Shown here: piece by piece, positions 37,217 to 45,926 of the stretch
Layout of the letters: each line of letters opens with the position of its first letter
Position numbering within the stretch: position 1 is the stretch's first letter
NCBI GenBank assembly: GCA_000002435.2
Contig: CM018793.1
DNA: 64,000 nucleotides
Origin: Giardia intestinalis
Lineage: Eukaryota
Direction: 5' to 3' (one strand)
Notes under the pieces: model-generated
What the model saw: the letters and a program-made list of their open reading frames with translations, nothing else
What the model was told of the DNA's origin: nothing
Database searches by the model: none
Made by a program: the position numbers and the translations under genes

Positions 37217-40200
37217 ATGTTGATAGGATTTCTCCTAGTTTGTGTGGTAACACGGGCAGAATGCGCCCAAAACCTGAAGGACGCGGGCTGCGAGACCTGC
37301 ACAGAGGCGGGCCCCAGCCAGACGTGCCTCACCTGTAGCGGTGGCCAGAAGGTGCTCCTCGACGGGAAGAGCTGCGGGGCCAATTGCCCGCCGAACTCTG
37401 TGGCCAGCCCGAACGTCTGCGAGTGCGACCAGGGATTCAGCCTGAACAGCGGGAAGGACGGCTGCGTGGCGGCCTCTAACACGGAATGCGCCCAAAACCT
37501 GAAGGACGCGGGCTGCGAGACCTGCACAGAGGCGGGCCCCAGCCAGACGTGCCTCACCTGTAGCGGTGGCCAGAAGGTGCTCCTCGACGGGAAGAGCTGC
37601 GGGGCCAATTGCCCGCCGAACTCTGCGGCCAGCCCGAACGTCTGCGAGTGCGACCAGGGATTCAGCCTGAACAGCGGGAAGGACGGCTGCGTGGCGGCCT
37701 CTAACACGGAATGCGCCCAAAACCTGAAGGACGCGGGCTGCGAGACCTGCACAGAGGCGGGCCCCAGCCAGACGTGCCTCACCTGTAGCGGTGGCCAGAA
37801 GGTGCTCCTCGACGGGAAGAGCTGCGGGGCCAATTGCCCGCCGAACTCTGCGGCCAGCCCGAACGTCTGCGAGTGCGACCAGGGATTCAGCCTGAACAGC
37901 GGGAAGGACGGCTGCGTGGCGGCCTCTAACACGGAATGCGCCCAAAACCTGAAGGACGCGGGCTGCGAGACCTGCACAGAGGCGGGCCCCAGCCAGACGT
38001 GCCTCACCTGTAGCGGTGGCCAGAAGGTGCTCCTCGACGGGAAGAGCTGCGGGGCCAATTGCCCGCCGAACTCTGCGGCCAGCCCGAACGTCTGCGAGTG
38101 CGACCAGGGATTCAGCCTGAACAGCGGGAAGGACGGCTGCGTGGCGGCCTCTAACACGGAATGCGCCCAAAACCTGAAGGACGCGGGCTGCGAGACCTGC
38201 ACAGAGGCGGGCCCCAGCCAGACGTGCCTCACCTGTAGCGGTGGCCAGAAGGTGCTCCTCGACGGGAAGAGCTGCGGGGCCAATTGCCCGCCGAACTCTG
38301 CGGCCAGCCCGAACGTCTGCGAGTGCGACCAGGGATTCAGCCTGAACAGCGGGAAGGACGGCTGCGTGGCGGCCTCTAACACGGAATGCGCCCAAAACCT
38401 GAAGGACGCGGGCTGCGAGACCTGCACAGAGGCGGGCCCCAGCCAGACGTGCCTCACCTGTAGCGGTGGCCAGAAGGTGCTCCTCGACGGGAAGAGCTGC
38501 GGGGCCAATTGCCCGCCGAACTCTGCGGCCAGCCCGAACGTCTGCGAGTGCGACCAGGGATTCAGCCTGAACAGCGGGAAGGACGGCTGCGTGGCGGCCT
38601 CTAACACGGAATGCGCCCAAAACCTGAAGGACGCGGGCTGCGAGACCTGCACAGAGGCGGGCCCCAGCCAGACGTGCCTCACCTGTAGCGGTGGCCAGAA
38701 GGTGCTCCTCGACGGGAAGAGCTGCGGGGCCAATTGCCCGCCGAACTCTGCGGCCAGCCCGAACGTCTGCGAGTGCGACCAGGGATTCAGCCTGAACAGC
38801 GGGAAGGACGGCTGCGTGGCGGCCTCTAACACGGAATGCGCCCAAAACCTGAAGGACGCGGGCTGCGAGACCTGCACAGAGGCGGGCCCCAGCCAGACGT
38901 GCCTCACCTGTAGCGGTGGCCAGAAGGTGCTCCTCGACGGGAAGAGCTGCGGGGCCAATTGCCCGCCGAACTCTGCGGCCAGCCCGAACGTCTGCGAGTG
39001 CGACCAGGGATTCAGCCTGAACAGCGGGAAGGACGGCTGCGTGGCGGCCTCTAACACGGAATGCGCCCAAAACCTGAAGGACGCGGGCTGCGAGACCTGC
39101 ACAGAGGCGGGCCCCAGCCAGACGTGCCTCACCTGTAGCGGTGGCCAGAAGGTGCTCCTCGACGGGAAGAGCTGCGGGGCCAATTGCCCGCCGAACTCTG
39201 CGGCCAGCCCGAACGTCTGCGAGTGCGACCAGGGATTCAGCCTGAACAGCGGGAAGGACGGCTGCGTGGCGGCCTCTAACACGGAATGCGCCCAAAACCT
39301 GAAGGACGCGGGCTGCGAGACCTGCACAGAGGCGGGCCCCAGCCAGACGTGCCTCACCTGTAGCGGTGGCCAGAAGGTGCTCCTCGACGGGAAGAGCTGC
39401 GGGGCCAATTGCCCGCCGAACTCTGCGGCCAGCCCGAACGTCTGCGAGTGCGACCAGGGATTCAGCCTGAACAGCGGGAAGGACGGCTGCGTGGCGGCCT
39501 CTAACACGGAATGCGCCCAAAACCTGAAGGACGCGGGCTGCGAGACCTGCACAGAGGCGGGCCCCAGCCAGACGTGCCTCACCTGTAGCGGTGGCCAGAA
39601 GGTGCTCCTCGACGGGAAGAGCTGCGGGGCCAATTGCCCGCCGAACTCTGCGGCCAGCCCGAACGTCTGCGAGTGCGACCAGGGATTCAGCCTGAACAGC
39701 GGGAAGGACGGCTGCGTGGCGGCCTCTAACACGGAATGCGCCCAAAACCTGAAGGACGCGGGCTGCGAGACCTGCACAGAGGCGGGCCCCAGCCAGACGT
39801 GCCTCACCTGTAGCGGTGGCCAGAAGGTGCTCCTCGACGGGAAGAGCTGCGGGGCCAATTGCCCGCCGAACTCTGCGGCCAGCCCGAACGTCTGCGAGTG
39901 CGACCAGGGATACACGCTCAACGCCGGAAAGACCGCGTGCGAGAAGGCCTCTAACACACAGTGTAATACTCCCAACTGCAAGATCTGTGATAACCCCAAA
40001 ACAGACAACGAAATCTGCACTGAATGTAATGATAACAATTACCTCACCCCGACAAAGCAGTGCACGCAGAGCTGCGGAGCAATAGGAAGCTACTACAACG
40101 GAGACAAAGTGTGCGAGCCTTGTGATTCTAGCTGTGCTGCGTGCACCACAACGGGACCAGCGAAGTGCACGCTGTGTCCTCCCGGGAAGAGGCTCCAGTA

Positions 40201-40906
40201 CACCAATGATGATCCTAGTCAAGGTGGATCCTGCGTAGATGAGTGCAAGCCCCAGAGTGGAGCTAGCGGATGCGAGACCTGCGGAGCCACCATCGGAGGG
40301 ACAAAGTATTGCTCGAAGTGCAGCACATCCACGGAGGTCCCCGTCAACGGAGTCTGTACAGCAGACAATGCCCGCGCGCCCGTATGCTCGAAAAAGGACA
40401 ATCAGGGAGGGTGCACTACGTGTGCCAGTGGGTACTTCCTCCAAGACGGCGGTTGCTATAAGACTGACAGACAGCCCGGTGAGCAGATATGCACACTAGC
40501 TGATAGCAATGGTGGATGTCAGACGTGCGCCAATAGTCTTCAGCCTAATAATGGAGCATGCCCTTCGTGTCACTCGACATGCAAGACATGTCGTGATGCT
40601 AATTCTGCAAATACTTGTACAACGTGTGCAACTGGGTACTACATGGTTGGATTAAATGCTGGGCCATGCACTTCGTGTGACAGCAACAGTGGAAGTGTCA
40701 AGGGAGTTGCTGGCTGCATGAGCTGCGCTCCTCCATCTAGCAATACTGGCTCCGTCCTCTGCTATCTCATAAAGGATACCGGTAGCACGAACAAGAGCGG
40801 CCTTTCTACCGGCGCCATCGCGGGGATCTCCGTGGCTGTCATCGTCGTTGTGGGGGGCCTTGTGGGCTTCCTCTGCTGGTGGTTCCTGTGTAGGGGGAAG
40901 GCGTGA
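37217..40906 (+). CDS. Variant-specific surface protein (VSP), 1,229 aa from the signal-peptide Met. It has a cysteine-rich ectodomain with many CXXC motifs, 12 tandem 75-aa repeats, a GGCY motif, a C-terminal transmembrane helix and the invariant CRGKA tail. The longest ORF begins upstream at 36917.
   Basis: The C-terminus reads ...GAIAGISVAVIVVVGGLVGFLCWWFLCRGKA*. GGCY is present (FLQDGGCYKTD), as are abundant CXXC motifs. The N-terminus MLIGFLLVCVVTRA is a signal peptide. AGTAAAC lies 8 nt after the stop. Confidence 0.9.
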   Translation: MLIGFLLVCVVTRAECAQNLKDAGCETCTEAGPSQTCLTCSGGQKVLLDGKSCGANCPPNSVASPNVCECDQGFSLNSGKDGCVAASNTECAQNLKDAGCETCTEAGPSQTCLTCSGGQKVLLDGKSCGANCPPNSAASPNVCECDQGFSLNSGKDGCVAASNTECAQNLKDAGCETCTEAGPSQTCLTCSGGQKVLLDGKSCGANCPPNSAASPNVCECDQGFSLNSGKDGCVAASNTECAQNLKDAGCETCTEAGPSQTCLTCSGGQKVLLDGKSCGANCPPNSAASPNVCECDQGFSLNSGKDGCVAASNTECAQNLKDAGCETCTEAGPSQTCLTCSGGQKVLLDGKSCGANCPPNSAASPNVCECDQGFSLNSGKDGCVAASNTECAQNLKDAGCETCTEAGPSQTCLTCSGGQKVLLDGKSCGANCPPNSAASPNVCECDQGFSLNSGKDGCVAASNTECAQNLKDAGCETCTEAGPSQTCLTCSGGQKVLLDGKSCGANCPPNSAASPNVCECDQGFSLNSGKDGCVAASNTECAQNLKDAGCETCTEAGPSQTCLTCSGGQKVLLDGKSCGANCPPNSAASPNVCECDQGFSLNSGKDGCVAASNTECAQNLKDAGCETCTEAGPSQTCLTCSGGQKVLLDGKSCGANCPPNSAASPNVCECDQGFSLNSGKDGCVAASNTECAQNLKDAGCETCTEAGPSQTCLTCSGGQKVLLDGKSCGANCPPNSAASPNVCECDQGFSLNSGKDGCVAASNTECAQNLKDAGCETCTEAGPSQTCLTCSGGQKVLLDGKSCGANCPPNSAASPNVCECDQGFSLNSGKDGCVAASNTECAQNLKDAGCETCTEAGPSQTCLTCSGGQKVLLDGKSCGANCPPNSAASPNVCECDQGYTLNAGKTACEKASNTQCNTPNCKICDNPKTDNEICTECNDNNYLTPTKQCTQSCGAIGSYYNGDKVCEPCDSSCAACTTTGPAKCTLCPPGKRLQYTNDDPSQGGSCVDECKPQSGASGCETCGATIGGTKYCSKCSTSTEVPVNGVCTADNARAPVCSKKDNQGGCTTCASGYFLQDGGCYKTDRQPGEQICTLADSNGGCQTCANSLQPNNGACPSCHSTCKTCRDANSANTCTTCATGYYMVGLNAGPCTSCDSNSGSVKGVAGCMSCAPPSSNTGSVLCYLIKDTGSTNKSGLSTGAIAGISVAVIVVVGGLVGFLCWWFLCRGKA
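37259..39958 (+). repeat. Intragenic tandem array of 12 copies of a 225-bp unit, each encoding a 75-aa, 10-Cys module (ECAQNLKDAGCETCTEAGPSQTCLTCSGGQKVLLDGKSCGANCPPNSAASPNVCECDQGFSLNSGKDGCVAASNT).
   Basis: Unit starts recur at 37259, 37484, 37709, ... 39734, an exact 225-nt period. Copies are identical apart from one substitution in copy 1 (GTG vs GCG, V/A) and divergence in the last ~60 nt of copy 12. Confidence 0.95.
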
Positions 40907-40913
40907 CTTAGGT

Positions 40914-40920
40914 AGTAAAC
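40914..40920 (+). promoter_or_regulatory. Giardia polyadenylation signal AGTAAAC (AGTRAAY) for the VSP gene.
   Basis: Located 8 nt downstream of the TGA stop at 40904-40906. Confidence 0.6.
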
Positions 40921-41534
40921 GCGTCATTGTGTGTGGCTTATTACGCTGTGCTACTGGGGCTATCTGAGGATCGCCCAGAGGTCGTGCGGGTAATCATCGC
41001 TCCTTCCTGGCCAGTTCAGAGACGAGGGTTGGCTGTGGATGATATAATAGGGATCTCCCTTCACTTGTATACCAGGAGTCTTTTGCGTCCCTCAGTTGTT
41101 CCGCAGAGGTGTGCTCAGTTCGAGTGTGCACGTCGGTCTGTCTAGGATTCAACTTACTTGCCCATCTGCGTCGTCCACCATTGGTGCCACTTCTTGGTCT
41201 ACCGCTCTGATGGCGGAGGGTCCCAGCAGTTAATGATCCTGGACCGACGCCTCGACAGACCGAAGCATCACCCCCAAGTGTGTTGTGCAGATGGACCAGC
41301 CCACACGTCACTGAGCCAGACACACTGCACAGAATGAGCGTCGACATGATCTCGTACTGGCTGACGGACCATCCACAAGAGCGCACTGCGATCATGAGCA
41401 GAGGGATGGGCCTCTCCCCTGATACCACCGCATGGGAGTACTCCATCGGCATCCACGAACGCGTACTATGACTCCAGGATAGAGGCGCACGGGGAGCGCA
41501 CCCCCGACAGCAGGGTCGATGGTCCACGTCATGG

Positions 41535-41893
41535 GGAGACGAAGAGGCACCCCGAGGAACGGGGTAGACACTCGAGGTCGTGGCGTGTGATCCTCGTCAC
41601 AGAGCACCAGGGCCCGGGCCACGTGGAGACCAGATCGCCGCAACAGACGCAAGACCCTGAATAGCAGGTGCCCACCAGTGCCAGACGATAGTTGACTCCG
41701 ATGGGCCAGAGGAAGGGAGGAACCCTAGAGGTAACGTGAGGAGCAGCGGCTTCCGGGGGAGCTGGGGCATAGGAGTTCTCCCGCCCGGATCGAGGGCGCC
41801 TGATCTTCGGACGCTGGGGCTGGACCCCGGACGGCGAGCGGGAGCCCTGCCCAGGGCGGTGGCGTTGCAGGGAGATTTACTCGGACAGCAGCT
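41535..41893. repeat. Right arm (IR-B) of the inverted-repeat pair. The 359-bp core is the reverse complement of 33031-33388. Weaker homology continues inward to about 41180.
   Basis: See IR-A. The reverse complement of this segment aligns base-for-base with 33031-33388. Confidence 0.85.
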
Positions 41894-41929
41894 GCAAACT
41901 AACCTTGGTAAACAGAGTAAATTATTTGC

Positions 41930-44521
41930 TTATATAAATATTCCCTCATACATTCCTGCATCCCGGCCTGTGTGTCCTGCCCCCTTAACAGATGCCCTGT
42001 ATGGATCTCTGAGAGCGTCATTTCGATCCCTCATAAGCTCCCATTCTTTTTGTGTTCTGTGCAGATCCGCTTTCCGCTTTGCAGTCTTCGCAGCTTCATC
42101 TGCGGTGATTCTCTTTTGCTGCTCCAGGTCAGCTTGTTGCTTCCTCTTACATTCAGATCGTTCCTCCGCTTGTCTATGTTTAGTTAACTGTATGTTTTCC
42201 AATCGTTTTTGCTTGACCTCGCTTGCTATTTGCGCTTTCTCTGGCCCTGGATATGCTGCCTTTGTGTAGAACATATCCGTTGTTTTTGTGTAGGTATTGG
42301 TTAAGATATTCTCAGTAAATATCTTGACAGTACTTTTCTCTTTGGCCCGCGCGTTTAGTTTTTGCCGTAAAGCATTTGCGGCAGCTCGTGCAACCTCCCC
42401 TTGCTCTATCTGCTCGCGACTTTGCTCCTCACGTGTCTTAATACGCTTACCTAACTCTTTCTCATAGCTATCAATTATTTCCTTGGTAGACTCCTGAACG
42501 GCATCTATATACTTTTGATAGATGGAGAAATCAACACGTACATCTGCGGTTAGCTTCATTTGCTCTCTATCGGCGCGAATAGCTTCTCTTACCCGTGCTA
42601 CCTGCTCACATTTTCGTTGCAGCTCAGCCTGTTCATTCTCTTTCGCTTCCAAAATAGCTTTACGACGATCCTCTAGAATCTGAAGATTAACCTCTTTCAT
42701 GAGAAGGAGCCGCTGCCGTAGCTCTGTAAGAGACATTTCATCTAATAAGCCGTGACCTGCCGTAGTAGAGGAGTCATACTTTTCAAGTAATTTCTTTTCG
42801 CGCTCTGCTCCAACTATTTCCAGCATAGCCTTAATTTGCTTCACTAGCTCTATCCTTTCGATGCTCTCAGCAAGCTTTAAGTCTGCCATATACTCCACGT
42901 TTTGAAGATGCTCTTGTCTTCGCTCGTCCGCGAGCCTCTGCTTCTCTCTCGCTAAATCTTTTTTAGCTTCATCCACCTTTAATTGTAACATGTCGTGCTG
43001 TTCCTTAGCATGCCGCTGAGCCTCTTGGAGTCGTTTATCATCTCTTTCAAAGTACTCAAGGAGCTGCTGAAAATGCTCTTTATTTTCCTCACTTACCTTA
43101 GCTGTTTTCAACTTTAGCGCCACTTCCCGCGCATGTTTTGCATCTTCGAAAGCTAGCTTCGCATCACGCTTATGAAGCTCTATTTCGGCAAGGCGCTTCT
43201 GTTTGTCGAGCTCAAGCATGGCTGCTCGCCACATATCAAACTCCGAACTATCCCGCAAGCCAGCCATATACATATTAAGCTCTTGGGCCTCCACATCCAA
43301 CGCCTTTTCTATAATTGCGTTAGCTCGCAAAATAGTCGCTTTTGTCTCTCTTGGCGGTGGAACCTGGACATATCTCTTGCGTGCCATGGCTTGCTTTCGT
43401 TCAATAGATGCAGCAGCCTCCCGGGCGGCCTCCTCCTGCTTCTTATCGTCCAGTTTCTTTTTGGCCTCGGCGTGCCGACGCTTATCCTCGCTGTACCATT
43501 CAGCTGTGCGCTTATCTGGTTTAGTCAGTTGAGGGAGGAATTGTTTGCGCTCCTCCTCTGCTTTCTTTAGCACCTCGTTCATTGGCTTATTAAGCATAGC
43601 AAGTGGGGCTTTCTTTGCCGTATAGCAGTATTCAGCCTGCACCTCTTCTGGAGTAATATCTGTAATTTTCTTTGATAAAGAAACACTGGTCACAGGAGCA
43701 CTAAACTTTGTGCCAAGTGCTGGTGCTATCGGAGGTGGTGTTCGCCCTTTTTGCCAGGCGCTTTTAGCTTCTGACTTTTGGGATAGCATGGCTATTAGAT
43801 CTGTCGCTTCCTGGTAACAATTATGAACAATCGCATGTGTCAAAGGTCCACGAACATATGTCTCATCAAAGTGTGACTCTAAGATACGTCTTAGATGAAT
43901 AGATAGCCGCGCGTCTTGAACTACGGGCTGTATTGCCTGTTGCATTAATGAATCCTCGGTAGCTTTGTACCTATCGTTTTCCGAGCTACTTTCGTCACCA
44001 GAGCCCTTTTCCGCGATATCTACCGATCCCTTAGTTATTTTGGAAGGTGAGGCGTCGCCCCAAACCAGTCGCAAAAATGGCAGAATAACAGAGGCTTGCT
44101 GAGACACCAGGATGGCTCGTAGCTTGGAAAACGGTTGGCGCAAAAGCTCAAAAATGGTATAGTAAAACAATACATAATAGAGGTTCTTAGCAGATGGAAG
44201 GAGCTGGGGATTTTGCGCGTAAAGTAGGTCAGTACAGCTTTTAAGAACAGGCCTGTTGCTAGCAACCCCGCAACACACATCACTAATGAATTGTCGCTGC
44301 TGTATAGTCATTTGGTCAGTCATATTCTTCAGTGGAGCAGAGGTAGAGACGCCCACAGCAGAGCAGTCGATCCTCACACTGCCTGTTTCATCATCAGTTT
44401 GAGGAATGTACACGGTGTAGTTTTGGAGTACTCCTTCAACGTACTGATAGATATCCTCTCTTGCAGGGCTGTAGTTCGTTAGGCAGCCGCATATTATATC
44501 GACAATAGAGCGAATTTTCAT
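41930..44521 (-). CDS. Hypothetical K/E/R-rich coiled-coil protein, 863 aa.
   Basis: Long ORF whose central ~500 aa are a charged coiled coil (KKLDDKKQEEAAREAAASIERKQAMARKRY... and similar). Its 3' end lies 36 bp from IR-B. Confidence 0.6.
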   Translation of the reverse strand: MKIRSIVDIICGCLTNYSPAREDIYQYVEGVLQNYTVYIPQTDDETGSVRIDCSAVGVSTSAPLKNMTDQMTIQQRQFISDVCCGVASNRPVLKSCTDLLYAQNPQLLPSAKNLYYVLFYYTIFELLRQPFSKLRAILVSQQASVILPFLRLVWGDASPSKITKGSVDIAEKGSGDESSSENDRYKATEDSLMQQAIQPVVQDARLSIHLRRILESHFDETYVRGPLTHAIVHNCYQEATDLIAMLSQKSEAKSAWQKGRTPPPIAPALGTKFSAPVTSVSLSKKITDITPEEVQAEYCYTAKKAPLAMLNKPMNEVLKKAEEERKQFLPQLTKPDKRTAEWYSEDKRRHAEAKKKLDDKKQEEAAREAAASIERKQAMARKRYVQVPPPRETKATILRANAIIEKALDVEAQELNMYMAGLRDSSEFDMWRAAMLELDKQKRLAEIELHKRDAKLAFEDAKHAREVALKLKTAKVSEENKEHFQQLLEYFERDDKRLQEAQRHAKEQHDMLQLKVDEAKKDLAREKQRLADERRQEHLQNVEYMADLKLAESIERIELVKQIKAMLEIVGAEREKKLLEKYDSSTTAGHGLLDEMSLTELRQRLLLMKEVNLQILEDRRKAILEAKENEQAELQRKCEQVARVREAIRADREQMKLTADVRVDFSIYQKYIDAVQESTKEIIDSYEKELGKRIKTREEQSREQIEQGEVARAAANALRQKLNARAKEKSTVKIFTENILTNTYTKTTDMFYTKAAYPGPEKAQIASEVKQKRLENIQLTKHRQAEERSECKRKQQADLEQQKRITADEAAKTAKRKADLHRTQKEWELMRDRNDALRDPYRASVKGAGHTGRDAGMYEGIFI

Positions 44522-44550
44522 TTTTAGTTTTTTGTGTAGTGGCTGATGCC

Positions 44551-45615
44551 TTATTTTTGCCCGCGGACCCCCGTTAGTACGACCTTTATAGGCTCCTTAC
44601 TAACCTCTCTTGTTCTTTTACTATGCAAAAAGTACTGTCCGGAAGGCCTACTGTCACCTTGTCGAGGTTCCTGGCGATGGCTATGCCCCTGGATATGGGC
44701 ACCAGTAACAGGTCCTGAAGTAGCGTGAGCTCCTGGAGAATTGGCATGGGCACCAGAGAAAGTTGAGTTATGTGCATTGCAATTTCCATGGCCGCTGTGA
44801 CTAGTGTTTCCAGACGCAGCAGAGCTCGATACTGGCGTCTGCGCACTTTCGCGAAGCTTTGTGGGGCAGAGGAAAGACTTGGGGTAGCCCATCACTTTAT
44901 CCCAAAGCTCTGCTATATTGCTTGTTGTCTTCTCCTTATCGTCTTCGTCTTCATCTTGCTCTTCTTCAGCAGCTTGGTTCTTTGAAAACGTCTGATGTAT
45001 GCGGTTGGCTTGCCCGATGAGGAACTGCTGGCCCTCGCGAGTCGTGGGTGGGGCGTTATCCACATTGAATTGCCCTATTATGTCTGTTCTTGTATTTTTT
45101 CCTATTGTCATGGTTAGATTGTTGTCAATCTCACTTAAAAGGGTGGTAAGTAGATCTTTAGTAAGCTCTGTGATACCTTGTCTGTTGGCGTCTATTAGAC
45201 TATCACTATCGCGAGCTGAGAGCCTATCTGCAACCATATCAGAATGAATAATATCATGAAGGGTGGGAGCCAACGAGTCAAATGAGAGGTAATCGTCTTG
45301 CTTGATATCTTCGATTGTTATTGGGCGTCGTTTAACAAGTAGGCGCGTCTCAGTAAGAATATCCTCGTTACTATCAATAAGCTTATATTTGGGGTTGCCT
45401 GCGTCTGTGCTCACATTGCGGTAGAGCTCAAAAAAGCACTTGGAATCGGGACGGACCGTATGCTGAATGATAATATGTTGGCGTGCAAATTTGCAGGAGA
45501 CACGACCTTCACATGGAAGGTTGAGAGTGTATTCTCGGCTTGGGTCCGAAGCGAAGTGATAGTAAATCTTCTTCTTTTCGTTCATTTTTAATATTAGCTT
45601 CAGTACCGACATCAA
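44551..45615 (-). CDS. Hypothetical protein, 354 aa, with a possible N-terminal DWNN-like ubiquitin-like domain and a His/Ser/Gly-rich C-terminus.
   Basis: The N-terminus KIYYHFASDPSREYTLNLPCEGRVSCKFARQHIII...LIDSNEDILTETRLLVKRRP resembles the RBBP6/Mpe1 DWNN domain (IHYKFxS...FDG..IS..DLK..I...LIP.NsSViVRRIP). This is a weak call. Only 29 bp separate it from the next gene. Confidence 0.4.
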   Translation of the reverse strand: MMSVLKLILKMNEKKKIYYHFASDPSREYTLNLPCEGRVSCKFARQHIIIQHTVRPDSKCFFELYRNVSTDAGNPKYKLIDSNEDILTETRLLVKRRPITIEDIKQDDYLSFDSLAPTLHDIIHSDMVADRLSARDSDSLIDANRQGITELTKDLLTTLLSEIDNNLTMTIGKNTRTDIIGQFNVDNAPPTTREGQQFLIGQANRIHQTFSKNQAAEEEQDEDEDDKEKTTSNIAELWDKVMGYPKSFLCPTKLRESAQTPVSSSAASGNTSHSGHGNCNAHNSTFSGAHANSPGAHATSGPVTGAHIQGHSHRQEPRQGDSRPSGQYFLHSKRTREVSKEPIKVVLTGVRGQK

Positions 45616-45926
45616 TGGGGGCCTCTACTGGGGCTATCTACTAGGACTATAACCAATTCTTCTCTCTGGCTCTCAGATTTACTATCTCTAATTGATCAAG
45701 GTCTGAATGGTTAACGCAAAAGCTGTCAGCTTGTGAGTCCCCCAGTGCTACATTGCTGAATGGATTTATTATCAACAGCATGAGACAGTTGTACTTAGGT
45801 CTATCAATGACAAATGGAAAGCGTACCTACAAAATAATATATAAAGCATGCGGAAATGGAGCCAACCAATAAGTTTAGATCCCGGCTACTTGTGCTACTA
45901 CTAATATGAAAAATTGTCACTTATTG

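Noticed and set aside
37069-40444. Two very long minus-strand ORFs (989 aa and 1,069 aa) lying antisense to the VSP repeat array.
   Set aside because: They exist only because a stop-free 225-nt unit is repeated 12 times. Their translations are themselves 75-aa periodic low-complexity strings with no start context. The sense strand encodes a canonical VSP with signal peptide, CXXC motifs, transmembrane helix, CRGKA tail and poly(A) signal.
32985-41922. AGTAAAT heptamers on the plus strand just outside both IR arms (~32985 and ~41916), considered as possible poly(A) signals for cassette-derived transcripts.
   Set aside because: The heptamer is short and frequent, and no plus-strand gene ends at either site. 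I could not tie them to a transcript from sequence alone.
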